Source: an uncultured Candidatus Sumerlaeota bacterium
Lineage (GTDB): Bacteria > Sumerlaeota > Sumerlaeia > MVZB01 > JAJFLK01
Direction: 5' to 3'
NCBI GenBank assembly: GCA_964598765.1
Contig: CAZRCZ010000018.1
Coordinates: 19,086 to 83,085, forward strand
Length of the DNA stretch: 64,000 nucleotides
The position numbers and the translations under genes were made by a program. The notes beneath the pieces were generated by a model. That model made no database searches and was not told the DNA's origin. It saw nothing but the letters and a program-made list of their open reading frames with translations. Each line of letters opens with the position of its first letter. Position 1 is the first letter of the stretch. Below are positions 29,142 to 39,229 of the stretch, one piece after another.

Positions 29142-32100
29142 CTTCTCCTTCTTCTTCGATTTCTTCTTCCCCAACAAACCATCAAGCGCGTCGCCGAGAT
29201 CGTCCCTGAGCGATCTCCCCACGTCGTCCTTCTGGTCGAGAATTTTATCCAGTTCCTTCTTGACCGCCTTGCCGAGTTTCTCGGTTTCGGGAGAAAGTTT
29301 GGGGCGGACGGAATAGACCGGATCCGCGATCGTTCCCTTCCCGACGACCTCGAAAGGGAGATAAAGAAAATCCGCGAAGGGACGGAAAAGTTCATCGGCA
29401 AATTGAACCGCCGGATTTTTGTTGCCGATCTTGCCCTTGAGTTCGGGACCGATCCCCGGCTGGACCGTCATGTCCAATTCGCCGCCCAAACCGATCCTCC
29501 CCTCGGCGTTGAGGCGTGTGGCGACGCCGCTCATCACCACGTCCTTCAATCGCGCCCAGCCGTCGTCGAAAGTCGCCTCGCCGTGGAATCCCGTGAAGGC
29601 CAGTTGGTTGAAAATATCGGTCCCCGCCGTTTGCGCGATAAGATCGAGCAATTCGGAGTTGCTGAATTTGCCTTCGCTCCAATCAAATTCCAGTGTTCCG
29701 CGCAGGCTTTTGCGGAACGCATCCCCTTCTCCCGTTCCCTTGGCCTCGGTTTTAAAATCGGCTTTGCCGGCGAACTTGCCCGCCAGATGGGGTTCCAGCG
29801 AGGCGATAAGCCGTCCGGCATCAATGCCTTCGCCGACCAGCCGCCAGCTTCGCGTCGGTGAAGTCCCGGATCGTCCGAAGTCCATCTCGCCTTGCAAACT
29901 TCCGCCGTCGAGCTTCATTCTTTCGATGACGGCGCGAAGATTTTCGGATTCGGAAACGACTTTGACTTGAACTTCCTCGACTTGCGTCTGGCGCCAATCG
30001 AGGCGGGCGATTTGAATGTCGGCGTTCAAATCCCAAGGCCAAGGTTTGACGGGCGTCGGCTCCGCATTCTTATTTTTCTCTTGGTCTTGAGTTTTTGGGG
30101 CAGTTTCTTTTTCGGCGGATTGCGGCTCCGCGGGTGGCGAAAATTGTTTGCCGTAAAGTTCCGGCGAAAGCGACTCCACGCGGATGACGGTTTCAAGTCG
30201 GGGGCGTTCGCCCCATTTCCCCGATCCCTTGATTTGAATTTTGTCCGGTGGAATTTCTTCGCGTTGGGAAATCAGATCGAACTGAAAGTTCCTAATCTCC
30301 TCTCCCTTCTTCTCGATTTGGCTCTTGAGGGATAGACGGATTTCCTCGGAGTCCGGATCTCCTTTGGCGAAGCGCACCGGACCAACGCGCATTTCCCCAT
30401 TGGAAACATATCGCCCTTCCTTGGGATCCACGATCAATTCATAATCGGCGTCCATGGGCGCGTCGCCGAAAGGTTGGGCTTCGGGCCAATCCAGAAGATC
30501 AACGACCGAGCCGCCGGTCAATCCGCGAACCTTGAGATTCAGTCGAGCCTCGCGCGATGGCTCGTTGGAGGTTTGCGAAGTTTTCAGAGGCCAAACGCCC
30601 GCGACGGCAAAATTTCCGACGGCGGTTCCATTCGGCTCGGACAATGCTATCTCGGCGCTTTTGATTGTTGCGAAAGTCAGGTCGGGATCGAGGTCAATTT
30701 CGCATTGGGAGGAAATCGTTCGTTCGATTGCCTTCGTCTTCTCCGCGATCAGCTTGATTTTTTGCAGTTCACTTGTTTCCTTCAGGGTGAATTTCTCTCC
30801 TTTTTGATCGCGCGAGAAATCCACTTGCTCCTTCAATGCGCCTCCATCCAGCGTTAAGTTTTGATCGGCGATCATGACTCCTAATCGCCGCAAGAAATCG
30901 CCGGCGTCGGGAATCGCCACGTCACCGCGCATCCGCACGCTTCCCTTTTCGGCGTCGAAACCGCCGCTGAAACGCGATTCGGCCAAGTCCTTTCCGTCCA
31001 TGGAGAAGGCCGTCGCCGCCGATTCCAAGTTTCCCCGTGTGAGATTTTCAAGCGAGCCGACGATTTGATTTCGGACCGTGAAGGGACCAATGGAGGGATC
31101 GCCTTCCTTGCTTCTCACGGAAAATTGAGCCAGCGTCATGCCGCCGCGCAGATCCGCGCGCCTGCCCGAAGCGTCAACCGTGAACGCCAGCGTTCCCTCC
31201 ACTCGTCCCCCCTCGACGTCATCCAAGGCGTGACGGTCGGCGAGGGCGAACCACGGACGCAAATCATCCACGGCTAAATCGTGAACCGTAAAATTCAGAT
31301 GCGCGACCTCCGAGGGTTGATTTTGCAAAGCGCCGCTTCCGGCATTTTCGCCGCGATAGAGCGCGAGGCTTTTGTCCAATGTGATTTCGCCCAGCGTTTG
31401 ATTTCCGCGCTCCAGTCGCGCTCCGGCCTTGGAAAGAATCAATTCGTTCCGTTCGGGATTCCAAATCCCGCCATGCGCGGAATGAATGTCGAGGGGAGGT
31501 GTCGGGGATTGATCCGGCGACCCGCGCAGGCTCAATTGTTTTCCTTCCAATGTTGAAGCGAACCGATACCCTTGGTCGTCCCCTTCCACGCTGAGCGAGC
31601 CGTCAAGCCGCGCGGTGTCAAACTGTGCCGGCCCGAAGGCCGCGAGAATCGGATTCATCAAATCGCGTTCGATCTCTTTCAGTTCCAATTTCGATTTTAA
31701 CTTGTTCCCATCCCGGTCCCACTCCACGCTCGCGGAGAGGGAACCCGTTTTTCGTTCGCTTGTCGAAGCCGTTGTTGAAATCGAACCTTTGACGGAGCCG
31801 CGCGAATCGAAGGAACCTTCAAGATCGGAATCCACGCGGAGACCCAGCGTGACGCCGCCGCCGGCCTTGGGCGGACCTTCCTGCACGGCGGCAAAGGTCG
31901 TTCCTTTACAACTCAAGGAGGTTGAGTCGAGGGATGGCTCGAGGTTCAGATCCAGAGCCAGCGTGCCGGATCGGGTCCGGTCTTTTTCTTGAGGCGCAAT
32001 GATGAAATCGGCGTTGATCTTGGCCTGCGCCGATTGACCCGACGACAAATTTTCCACGTCAATATCGGCGCGATCCACTCCGCCCCGCTCTTCGTCTCCC

Positions 32101-32609
32101 TCGAACCAATGCGCCGAAACGTTTCGCGCGCGAAAATGCCGAACGGAAATGGGAAGAATTGCGACGGGTCCAGCCAACGATTTTTTTTTCTTAGCGCCTT
32201 TTTCCTTGGCGATTTGAACATACGTTTTGTTCTTCTCCGGTTTCGGTCGTCCCGACCCGACGGTTCGAGCGACAAGGGCGAGCGAATCAATTTCGACCGA
32301 TTCAATCACCGGCGCGGAACGACGCAAAAGAGAGGACGGGACAACGTGAACGAAGAGGGAACCGACGTTGAGTTTTCCGCCTCCATTGGGAAAATCGAAT
32401 TCGACTCCCTTGAGCTTCAGCTTGCCCATGATCGAAAGCGAGCCGTCCTCGACGCTCAAGTTGCCGCCGATTCGAGCGGCGGCCATCGGCAACCAGACGT
32501 GACGAAGCGCGTGAGAGCTTTGCGCGTAGATCAAGACACCAAGACACGCAACGACAAGCGCGAGCAAGAGTTTGACGATCCAAACGAGGAGTTTGCGTCT
32601 TTTCGTCAT
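29136..32609 (-). CDS. AsmA-like protein
   Basis: N-terminal TM anchor, long beta-rich body, C-terminal SLRG...GKF...F...GEATFDDG...G.IGL.GELD...GTIADP. Confidence 0.75.
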   Translation of the reverse strand: MTKRRKLLVWIVKLLLALVVACLGVLIYAQSSHALRHVWLPMAAARIGGNLSVEDGSLSIMGKLKLKGVEFDFPNGGGKLNVGSLFVHVVPSSLLRRSAPVIESVEIDSLALVARTVGSGRPKPEKNKTYVQIAKEKGAKKKKSLAGPVAILPISVRHFRARNVSAHWFEGDEERGGVDRADIDVENLSSGQSAQAKINADFIIAPQEKDRTRSGTLALDLNLEPSLDSTSLSCKGTTFAAVQEGPPKAGGGVTLGLRVDSDLEGSFDSRGSVKGSISTTASTSERKTGSLSASVEWDRDGNKLKSKLELKEIERDLMNPILAAFGPAQFDTARLDGSLSVEGDDQGYRFASTLEGKQLSLRGSPDQSPTPPLDIHSAHGGIWNPERNELILSKAGARLERGNQTLGEITLDKSLALYRGENAGSGALQNQPSEVAHLNFTVHDLAVDDLRPWFALADRHALDDVEGGRVEGTLAFTVDASGRRADLRGGMTLAQFSVRSKEGDPSIGPFTVRNQIVGSLENLTRGNLESAATAFSMDGKDLAESRFSGGFDAEKGSVRMRGDVAIPDAGDFLRRLGVMIADQNLTLDGGALKEQVDFSRDQKGEKFTLKETSELQKIKLIAEKTKAIERTISSQCEIDLDPDLTFATIKSAEIALSEPNGTAVGNFAVAGVWPLKTSQTSNEPSREARLNLKVRGLTGGSVVDLLDWPEAQPFGDAPMDADYELIVDPKEGRYVSNGEMRVGPVRFAKGDPDSEEIRLSLKSQIEKKGEEIRNFQFDLISQREEIPPDKIQIKGSGKWGERPRLETVIRVESLSPELYGKQFSPPAEPQSAEKETAPKTQDQEKNKNAEPTPVKPWPWDLNADIQIARLDWRQTQVEEVQVKVVSESENLRAVIERMKLDGGSLQGEMDFGRSGTSPTRSWRLVGEGIDAGRLIASLEPHLAGKFAGKADFKTEAKGTGEGDAFRKSLRGTLEFDWSEGKFSNSELLDLIAQTAGTDIFNQLAFTGFHGEATFDDGWARLKDVVMSGVATRLNAEGRIGLGGELDMTVQPGIGPELKGKIGNKNPAVQFADELFRPFADFLYLPFEVVGKGTIADPVYSVRPKLSPETEKLGKAVKKELDKILDQKDDVGRSLRDDLGDALDGLLGKKKSKKKEKN

Positions 32610-32622
32610 CGTTTGGGTTCGG

Positions 32623-33885
32623 TCAAGGAGTAATCGAAACCCGCTTCGCGCCGGGGCTGATGTTGCCCGCTTCGTCCTCCGCGGTCACGGCATAATCGTA
32701 ACCAATTCCCGCCTGCGCCATTGTGTCGTCGTATTCGGGTTGATGGCAATCGCCGATCCATTTCAAGGGGGCGCCGGGAGCGTCGGCGCGAAAAACATGG
32801 AACTTCACTTTTTCCCATTGCTCCTCTTTTTCCGGCGCCCTTTCGGGGGCGAATCGGAGCGTAATCCCTTTCCTTCCGGGTTGGCGAATCAGTGAGACGA
32901 TTTCGAAAGGGGGCGGAGGAGTGGTGTCTATTCCAAACGCCTGATCGTCGGCGGCGAAGGACATTTTATCCCCGGGTCTGGTCGGATTGTCCCAGAAAAT
33001 TGTCGCATAAACGTAACGGGTGTCGTCCCCTTTTTTAACGACATATTCCGCCTCAAAATTTCCCGGCGTCGTTTCATGGAGTGCGCCGCGGGCAAACAAC
33101 TGTCCCAAGCTAAACGTCATGGTTCGCCCCGGCGCGGCCTGAACGCGGATCACGACCTTTTCCCCCTCGCGCAAAACCTTGCGCGGCGCGATCACTTCGA
33201 CTTTGGCGACCCTGAGGGAATCGGAAAGATTTTCGCTGACGGCGGCTTGAAATCGCCCGGCGACGGCTTTGGCTGTTTGATCCATCGAGTTTTGCACTTC
33301 CTCGCGCCGCATGTGCCAGAGCGAGGAAAAAAGACTGTCGGCGATGCTGAACGGGCTGAGGGGGACGGAGAACTGGCGATTATGCACCACGAACCAACTG
33401 CGGTAGAGGTACTTCTTGGTATGCGAGTCTGCGACGATCAGGCTGAGGTCAATGCGGACGTGCGAGTAAATCAGGAGATAAAAGCGCGAGACGTTTTCCA
33501 ACTCGGCGAAGACAACCGCATCGGCCAGCTTCGGATCGGCGACATGCCAAGGATTCAATTCGTCGGGGGGAATTCTCAACGTCATCGCCTTGGAGCCGAC
33601 AAAATCGTCAACTTTTTTCAATTCCACGTCGCTGTAGCCGAGCGGCGCGAACGCGCTGAAGAGGGCCGTCCGCATGATCTTGGCCGCCTCCGCGTCGTCG
33701 GTTCGATTCGTCACGGGCGCGACGGCCAGCGTCCGGGGAGGTGTGGCGCAATAGGCTTCCTTGTCAAAATAAGGATTCCGCTCATTGACGCGGGTGAAGG
33801 CGCACGACGCCAAACCCGCCGTCAAAAGGGAATAAAGGAGAAGTTGGAGAATAGAATGCCGGTTGGGTATGCGGACAAACTTCAT
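32623..33885 (-). CDS. Lipoprotein (DUF799/GNA1162-like N-domain, C-terminal FN3-like)
   Basis: Lipobox LASC; PRTLAVAPVTN; YDYAVTAEDEAGNIS. Confidence 0.65.
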   Translation of the reverse strand: MKFVRIPNRHSILQLLLYSLLTAGLASCAFTRVNERNPYFDKEAYCATPPRTLAVAPVTNRTDDAEAAKIMRTALFSAFAPLGYSDVELKKVDDFVGSKAMTLRIPPDELNPWHVADPKLADAVVFAELENVSRFYLLIYSHVRIDLSLIVADSHTKKYLYRSWFVVHNRQFSVPLSPFSIADSLFSSLWHMRREEVQNSMDQTAKAVAGRFQAAVSENLSDSLRVAKVEVIAPRKVLREGEKVVIRVQAAPGRTMTFSLGQLFARGALHETTPGNFEAEYVVKKGDDTRYVYATIFWDNPTRPGDKMSFAADDQAFGIDTTPPPPFEIVSLIRQPGRKGITLRFAPERAPEKEEQWEKVKFHVFRADAPGAPLKWIGDCHQPEYDDTMAQAGIGYDYAVTAEDEAGNISPGAKRVSITP

Positions 33886-33949
33886 CGCCTCTTAATAGTA
33901 GGGGCAAACCCGCGAAAAAAGCAAAACGCAATCCAATATCGGTCTGCTT

Positions 33950-34152
33950 TTCACCACAGAGACACAGAGAGGAAATTGACATGCGAACGGTAATTGAGAA
34001 AATGAATGGGCTATGACTCTCGCGCAAATCGGCGATTCCCTTGATTCGCCATGATTCGTATCTCTCATTCGCGATTATTCTCCTTTTAAGCCGTTCATTA
34101 TCCAATTCTTCTTCAATCCATTCCGAATACCTCTGTGTGTCTCTTCGGTGAA
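33950..34152. repeat. Periodic inverted-repeat element (CACAGAG type) with long AT-rich interior
   Basis: TTCACCACAGAGACACAGAGAGG ... CCTCTGTGTGTCTCTTCGGTGAA. Confidence 0.8.
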
Positions 34153-34250
34153 TCTTAGAGCGAAAATGTTTCTTGCCAATCCCGTTCGGCGCGTTAAGCT
34201 TTTCCACGACAAGGACCGATTCAATTTCCGAACCAAGAAGGAGCGTTCCC

Positions 34251-35117
34251 ATGAACGACATCAACGAGAGAAATTATTCCCGCCGAGAATTTGTTCGCGC
34301 GGCCGGAGCCGCGGGACTCGCGCTGGGCGCCACCGGCGTCGCCGATCCAATTCGGGCGCTCGCCCTTGACAAGACAACCGACCCTTACGGCGGATTCCGC
34401 ATGGGGGTGCAGAGTTACAGCTTTCGGGGGTTCTCATTTCCCGACGCGCTGACCAATACCAAAAAACTCGGACTCAAATACATCGAGCTTTTTCCGGGGC
34501 ACGTGGACCATTTGAAACTCAACGCCGATCAGCTTGCCGCTGAGAAGAAGCGGATGGAGGACGCGGGCATCACGCCGGACAGCTACGGCGTGGTCGGCTT
34601 CACCAAGGACGAGGCCGCCGCCCGAAAAGTATTTGAATTCGCCAAGACGCTCGGTCTGCGATCCATCTCCGCCGATCCCATGCCCAACAGTTTCGAAGTC
34701 TTGGATAAACTCGTCGCCGAATTCAAGATTCCGATCGCGATTCACAATCACGGTCCCGGAAGCCGATGGGAGAAACCGGAGGCGATTCTGGCGGCGGTCA
34801 AAGACCATCATCCCCTCATCGGGATTTGTTGCGACAGCGGTCACTATCTTCGCTCCAACATTGATCCGGTTCAGGCAATCAAGGTTCTCAAGGGGCGCGT
34901 TTTCGGATTTCACATCAAGGATTTCGTGGATGAGAAGACCGAGGTTTCGGCGGGAGACGGTCGTCTGAAAATAGGGGAACTTTTGGCCGAGGCGCGCGCC
35001 CAGAAATTCGACGGCCCCTGCTCGCTCGAATACGAGCTCACTCCCCAAGACCCGATGGCGGGCATGGCAAGGGGACTGGAGAATTTCCAAAAGGGCGTCG
35101 AAGGATTAAGGGGATAG
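34251..35117 (+). CDS. Tat-exported sugar phosphate isomerase/epimerase (xylose isomerase-like TIM barrel)
   Basis: SRREFV Tat motif, GVQSYSFR, IHNHGP, DSGH, HIKD, SLEYE; AAGGAG RBS. Confidence 0.88.
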   Translation: MNDINERNYSRREFVRAAGAAGLALGATGVADPIRALALDKTTDPYGGFRMGVQSYSFRGFSFPDALTNTKKLGLKYIELFPGHVDHLKLNADQLAAEKKRMEDAGITPDSYGVVGFTKDEAAARKVFEFAKTLGLRSISADPMPNSFEVLDKLVAEFKIPIAIHNHGPGSRWEKPEAILAAVKDHHPLIGICCDSGHYLRSNIDPVQAIKVLKGRVFGFHIKDFVDEKTEVSAGDGRLKIGELLAEARAQKFDGPCSLEYELTPQDPMAGMARGLENFQKGVEGLRG

Positions 35118-35130
35118 CAACCCGGAGAAC

Positions 35131-35200
35131 AGCCACGGATTTCACGGATTACGCAGATGCTTCTTCCGGTAAATCCGTGGAATCCGTGAAATCTGTGGCT
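35131..35200. repeat. Periodic inverted-repeat element (CACGGAT type) between convergent genes
   Basis: AGCCACGGATTTCACGGATTACGCAGAT ... ATCCGTGGAATCCGTGAAATCTGTGGCT. Confidence 0.88.
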
Positions 35201-35877
35201 TATTGATTTTGGTGATCGCTGAAGCGGTAGATGTCGCCGCTACTCACGGTACCGTTGGTCGGATCGTAGCTGACGTATTTGAAGAGGGCGGCATTGACCA
35301 TGACTCCGTTGTCTGAAAAGAGGTCCGGGGTCCAGCCGGGATAGTGGGCGAGCGCGATGAAATCGGGCTGAAAATTGCCCGGACCGCTGGTGGAAAGATA
35401 CGTGTCAATGTCGGTGTCGGGACCCATGCTGACCAGCACGTATCGGCTCGCGATGTCCTGCGGCATCGCGCCGTAGGGATAGATGTGCGAGAACGTGACA
35501 AACGCCGCGAAGGGTCCCGTCGCCGCCGGGCGCGCGTTTTGGAGTTGGAAGACATCATCCGGCCAAGAGGTGATATACGAGATGGGCGTGGTCAAAACAA
35601 CGGGGGGAAAGACCGGATCGCCCGGAAAAACCCAGCTATTGGGATATTCATTGTTGTCCGTGTAATAGGATTCCAGCGCGGTGGCCAGCGAACGGAGGTC
35701 GGCTTTGGCGCGGGAAACCTTGGCGCGGACTTGAGCCTCCAAGAAGTTCGGGACCGCAATGGCCGCGAGGATCGCGATGATGGCGACGACGATCAGCAAT
35801 TCGATCAGGGTAAATCCCCGACGGCGCGTCGCGGAATGCGACTCGCCATAGTTTTGTTCCCTCGATAAAAAAGTCAT
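35200..35877 (-). CDS. Type IV pilin/pseudopilin-like protein
   Basis: RRG|FTLIELLIVVAIIAILAAIAVPNFLEAQ, LTTPISY, S.GPD, YDPTNGT.S.GD. Confidence 0.92.
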   Translation of the reverse strand: MTFLSREQNYGESHSATRRRGFTLIELLIVVAIIAILAAIAVPNFLEAQVRAKVSRAKADLRSLATALESYYTDNNEYPNSWVFPGDPVFPPVVLTTPISYITSWPDDVFQLQNARPAATGPFAAFVTFSHIYPYGAMPQDIASRYVLVSMGPDTDIDTYLSTSGPGNFQPDFIALAHYPGWTPDLFSDNGVMVNAALFKYVSYDPTNGTVSSGDIYRFSDHQNQ

Positions 35878-35880
35878 CGC

Positions 35881-36366
35881 TCAGTTTCCATCTCCACCCG
35901 TCGGCTGGGTCGGCTTGGTTCCGCCGTCGCCGCCGCCATTTCTGCGTGGACCGCCGAAGGGACCCCGTCCCCCGTTGTTCTGGAAGCGGGACATCATCTT
36001 TCCTCGGAAACGGGACATTTCCTCCGGACTCATCGCGGATTGCATCCGAGTCATTTGCTCGCGCATTTTCTCGCCGAACTTCCGAAATTCCGCCTGTTGG
36101 CCCGCCGGAATCTTTTCCTCAAATTGCATCCGCATTTTCTTTTGCACTTCGGGGTCGGAGAGGTCTCCTTCCGGCATCCGGGGCGGTCCCTCGCGGGATA
36201 GTTTTTCCATCGTCTCACGGATCTCCGGCGGAGGATCAGGGAAGGGAGAATGAACGCCGTTGTTGCCAACGGCTCCCGGCTTTTGAAGCCCGGAGGTGTA
36301 AACGCTCCAACCGATGGCGACAAAAGCGCCAAGGATCGCCAAGGCCAACGTGATTTGCTTCTTCAT
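35881..36366 (-). CDS. Hypothetical protein with N-terminal TM/signal and Met/Arg/Gly-rich helices
   Basis: AGGAGG RBS; 3 nt from the pilin start; no family recognised. Confidence 0.7.
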   Translation of the reverse strand: MKKQITLALAILGAFVAIGWSVYTSGLQKPGAVGNNGVHSPFPDPPPEIRETMEKLSREGPPRMPEGDLSDPEVQKKMRMQFEEKIPAGQQAEFRKFGEKMREQMTRMQSAMSPEEMSRFRGKMMSRFQNNGGRGPFGGPRRNGGGDGGTKPTQPTGGDGN

Positions 36367-36526
36367 AACCCAACCTCCTTTGTCGGGGGTGGCTCCCGGT
36401 CAAGGGTAAAACCGAATCCGCCCCAATTTTCCAAGGATGACATTCCCCAACGCCCAATGATGGAGACTAGGGCGCTTCACTCAAGGTTTGGGTCGTCGGG
36501 TCAAATTAGAGCAATTCAGGAATCTG

Positions 36527-36580
36527 CGTGGCCAATTTCATCGGGCGAATAACCGGCTGACCCAATGAAATTTGGCTACG
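36527..36580. repeat. GTAG-type REP-like hairpin
   Basis: CGTGGCCAATTTCATCGGG ... CCCAATGAAATTTGGCTACG. Confidence 0.6.
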
Positions 36581-36637
36581 TAAACCTCCGGAAGTGTTCC
36601 AGCCAAGGAGAGACGCGAACGAAACAAAGGGTTGGGA

Positions 36638-37420
36638 TTATCGAACAACGACCACGCAGGTCGGAAGCGTCTCGTTGAGTTCCTCGATCCCCTTGGCGGT
36701 AATGCCTGTCCTTTGTGGGTCAAGATACTGAAGTTTTCTCATCGCTTTGAGGGTCGGGAGCGAGGCGTCCGTCACTTGGGTGGAAGAAACGTCCAGCACG
36801 CTGAGATTGGGAAGCGATTTCAAGTGAACTAGCCCGGCGTCGCCGATGGAGGTCAATCCCAGATCGAGTTCCTCCAAATCGTTCAGTCCTTCCAACCCGG
36901 CCATGCCGGAGTCGGTGATTTCCGCGCCGCGAAGACTCATTTTCTTCAAGGCATGGACCGCCTTGAGATGCGCGAGCTGTTGATCGCCGATCTTCAATCC
37001 GTCCATCACGAGCTTTTGAACGCCGGCCGGTCCGATTCCTTCCAACGGCGAAAGATCGGCGACGGCGTCGGGATTCACGGCCAACAAGATTTCCTTGCCC
37101 GGAGGGGGTTCAACCTCCCCCTTGGCTTCTCCCATATCGCTCCACGTTCCCTTTTCCTGATCGTAAACCTTCAGGGTTCCCATCGAGCGATCGGCCGGGA
37201 AATGGAGTGTTCCCGCGCTGACTTTGGTTTCTGTGGGGACGGCGGTCTCCGTGGCCTTCGCGTCGTGGGACTTGGCCGTCGGCTGGACTTGCGGCGGTTG
37301 CGCCTCTTTACCCGACTTGGACTCGCAGGAAGCGAGAAGGAAAAGGGGAATGGAAAAAGAAATTAACGCAATGACGCAATGACGCGGGGACGCAGGGCGA
37401 TTTTCTTCGGTTTGGTTCAC
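36638..37420 (-). CDS. Leucine-rich-repeat lipoprotein
   Basis: GTG start with GGAAAGG; lipobox LASC; LEELDLGLTSIGDAGLVHLKSLPNL repeats. Confidence 0.82.
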   Translation of the reverse strand: MNQTEENRPASPRHCVIALISFSIPLFLLASCESKSGKEAQPPQVQPTAKSHDAKATETAVPTETKVSAGTLHFPADRSMGTLKVYDQEKGTWSDMGEAKGEVEPPPGKEILLAVNPDAVADLSPLEGIGPAGVQKLVMDGLKIGDQQLAHLKAVHALKKMSLRGAEITDSGMAGLEGLNDLEELDLGLTSIGDAGLVHLKSLPNLSVLDVSSTQVTDASLPTLKAMRKLQYLDPQRTGITAKGIEELNETLPTCVVVVR

Positions 37421-37463
37421 GCCTTTCCGGAAATCGGCTACTTTGCGGCTTGGCCCGTTCATT

Positions 37464-38903
37464 TCAGAACTCCACCGGAACGACCTGTTTGTTGCCACCC
37501 GTGATCCTAAAATCCTGCCGAAATTCCTTGCCCGCCTTGTTGGTGACGACAAGCGTATGGAGGGTATCGGGAAGCAGGTCGAATTCGAGTTTGGGAGTTT
37601 CTTCCCCCTTGTTGGGGAAATGATAAATGACCTCCGGGTTCGCGACCCGGATGCGCGAAATTTCCACCGTCGCGATTTCCTCATCCTCGGGAAAATCAAT
37701 GGTCAGCTGGGCCGAAGGATTCAGTTGGATGTGGACGGGCTCTCCCGCGTAAGCGGCGGGTTCGAGGACGCTGGCCTCATCCGCCAAAATCCCGGGAGCC
37801 TTGATCAAGAGAAAGTATCTTCCATGCCTTGGCAAACTAAGGGTGAGGTGGTTTTCTTCGACCGAAAGAACTGCATCCGCGACCGGGACGCGCGCCCCAT
37901 CCAGCACCGCGATTTCCTCCTTGGTGATCTCCAAAGGCGTATCCAAGATCGCCTCCATGGTAACGGTCTGAAATTTCAACGCAAAGACCACCATCGCGGT
38001 AATCACCGCCGCAGTGATCAAGATTCCAGCCCAGTATAAACCCTTGCGCGACGGAAGCTCGACCTCCTCCGGTTCCGGGCGGATCATTTCTTGCGGATCC
38101 AACGGCTTGGCTCCCTCGGGCAATGCCGGAATGATCGGTTCCCAAGTGTCCTCTGGATCAAGCGATTCGACCCGGATCAGCACGATGCTGACGTTGTCCC
38201 CGCCGCCGCCGTCGAGCGCGGCTTGAAGCATCCGGTAGGCCCGCTCCTCCAAGGTGTAAACCGGATCCACGAGCAATTTGGTGACTTCGTTTTCTCCGGC
38301 GTATCCCGTGAGGCCGTCGGAGCAAATCAGGAACAAATCCCCGGCCTGAGCTTTGTCCTCGAAGATGTCAACCTCGACCGGTTTCACTCCGCCGATGCAC
38401 TGCGTTAAGAGATGGCGGTCGGGGTGGGTCTCCAATTGGTCGCGGGTCAGGATGCCGTTTTCGTAGAGGGTCCAGACGACGGTTTGATCGCGGGTGATTT
38501 GACGTACGTTGCCGTTACGCACGAGATAAACGCGGCTGTCGCCGACTTGAGCGACGACAAAAACTCCCCGATACAAGACAAGCAACGAGCCGGTGGATCC
38601 CATCCCCGTTTTTTCCGGCTCCCGGGCGGCAATGTCGAGCACTTCCTTGCTCGCCTGCTCCAAGGCGTGGCGTGCCAGCGACTCGATGTCCTTGGGAGAT
38701 TTCGGTTTTTGGGAGATGAAAAACTCCCGCGCGACCCGCTCGACCGAGGAGACCACCTGCGCCGCGGCTTCGGCTCCGGCCCGTTCGCCTCCCATGCCGT
38801 CGGCGACCAAAAACACGCCGACCTTGGGGAACGAAAAGATCGCGTCCTGATTTTCGGTCCGGACGCGGCCCATGTGCGTGAGTTTCATTTCGCTCAGCTT
38901 CAT
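37464..38903 (-). CDS. PP2C-type Ser/Thr phosphatase with TM and extracytoplasmic domain
   Basis: GRVRTENQD, VADGMGG, VGDSRVY, CSDGL, GGGDNVS. Confidence 0.93.
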   Translation of the reverse strand: MKLSEMKLTHMGRVRTENQDAIFSFPKVGVFLVADGMGGERAGAEAAAQVVSSVERVAREFFISQKPKSPKDIESLARHALEQASKEVLDIAAREPEKTGMGSTGSLLVLYRGVFVVAQVGDSRVYLVRNGNVRQITRDQTVVWTLYENGILTRDQLETHPDRHLLTQCIGGVKPVEVDIFEDKAQAGDLFLICSDGLTGYAGENEVTKLLVDPVYTLEERAYRMLQAALDGGGGDNVSIVLIRVESLDPEDTWEPIIPALPEGAKPLDPQEMIRPEPEEVELPSRKGLYWAGILITAAVITAMVVFALKFQTVTMEAILDTPLEITKEEIAVLDGARVPVADAVLSVEENHLTLSLPRHGRYFLLIKAPGILADEASVLEPAAYAGEPVHIQLNPSAQLTIDFPEDEEIATVEISRIRVANPEVIYHFPNKGEETPKLEFDLLPDTLHTLVVTNKAGKEFRQDFRITGGNKQVVPVEF

Positions 38904-39035
38904 GCGGGGTCCCCTTTCGGTTGGACGGGGGCAATCGGGAATCGAGATGGGATGAGGGGCATTGTAGTCTGAGGATATAAGCCAACCTTGAGGCTAGATG
39001 CAAGAGGTTTGGAGATATGGGCGCTCCGCATTTTT

Positions 39036-39187
39036 AATCTTAAACCTGATCATAATCCTAATCTTCATCTCGGAATTAAGCCCGCTTCCCTTTACCGAAT
39101 AATGAAAGGCATTCAGGAATTGGGGGCGAGGCAAAGCGTAAGAGCAAGAATAAGAGCATGATTGGGATCAAGATTAAGATTAGGATT
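39036..39187. repeat. Hexamer-periodic inverted repeat
   Basis: AATCTT-AAACCT-GATCAT-AATCCT-AATCTT ... ATGATT-GGGATC-AAGATT-AAGATT-AGGATT. Confidence 0.7.
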
Positions 39188-39229
39188 CCGACTCAGATTA
39201 CGAACAAGGACGCAATCGAGAGGCGGGCA

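Noticed and set aside
28992-29861. 289-aa plus-strand ORF
   Set aside because: N-terminus is the translated repeat (RKDAKAQR...LRLCAFASLR) and the rest is antisense to the AsmA-like gene
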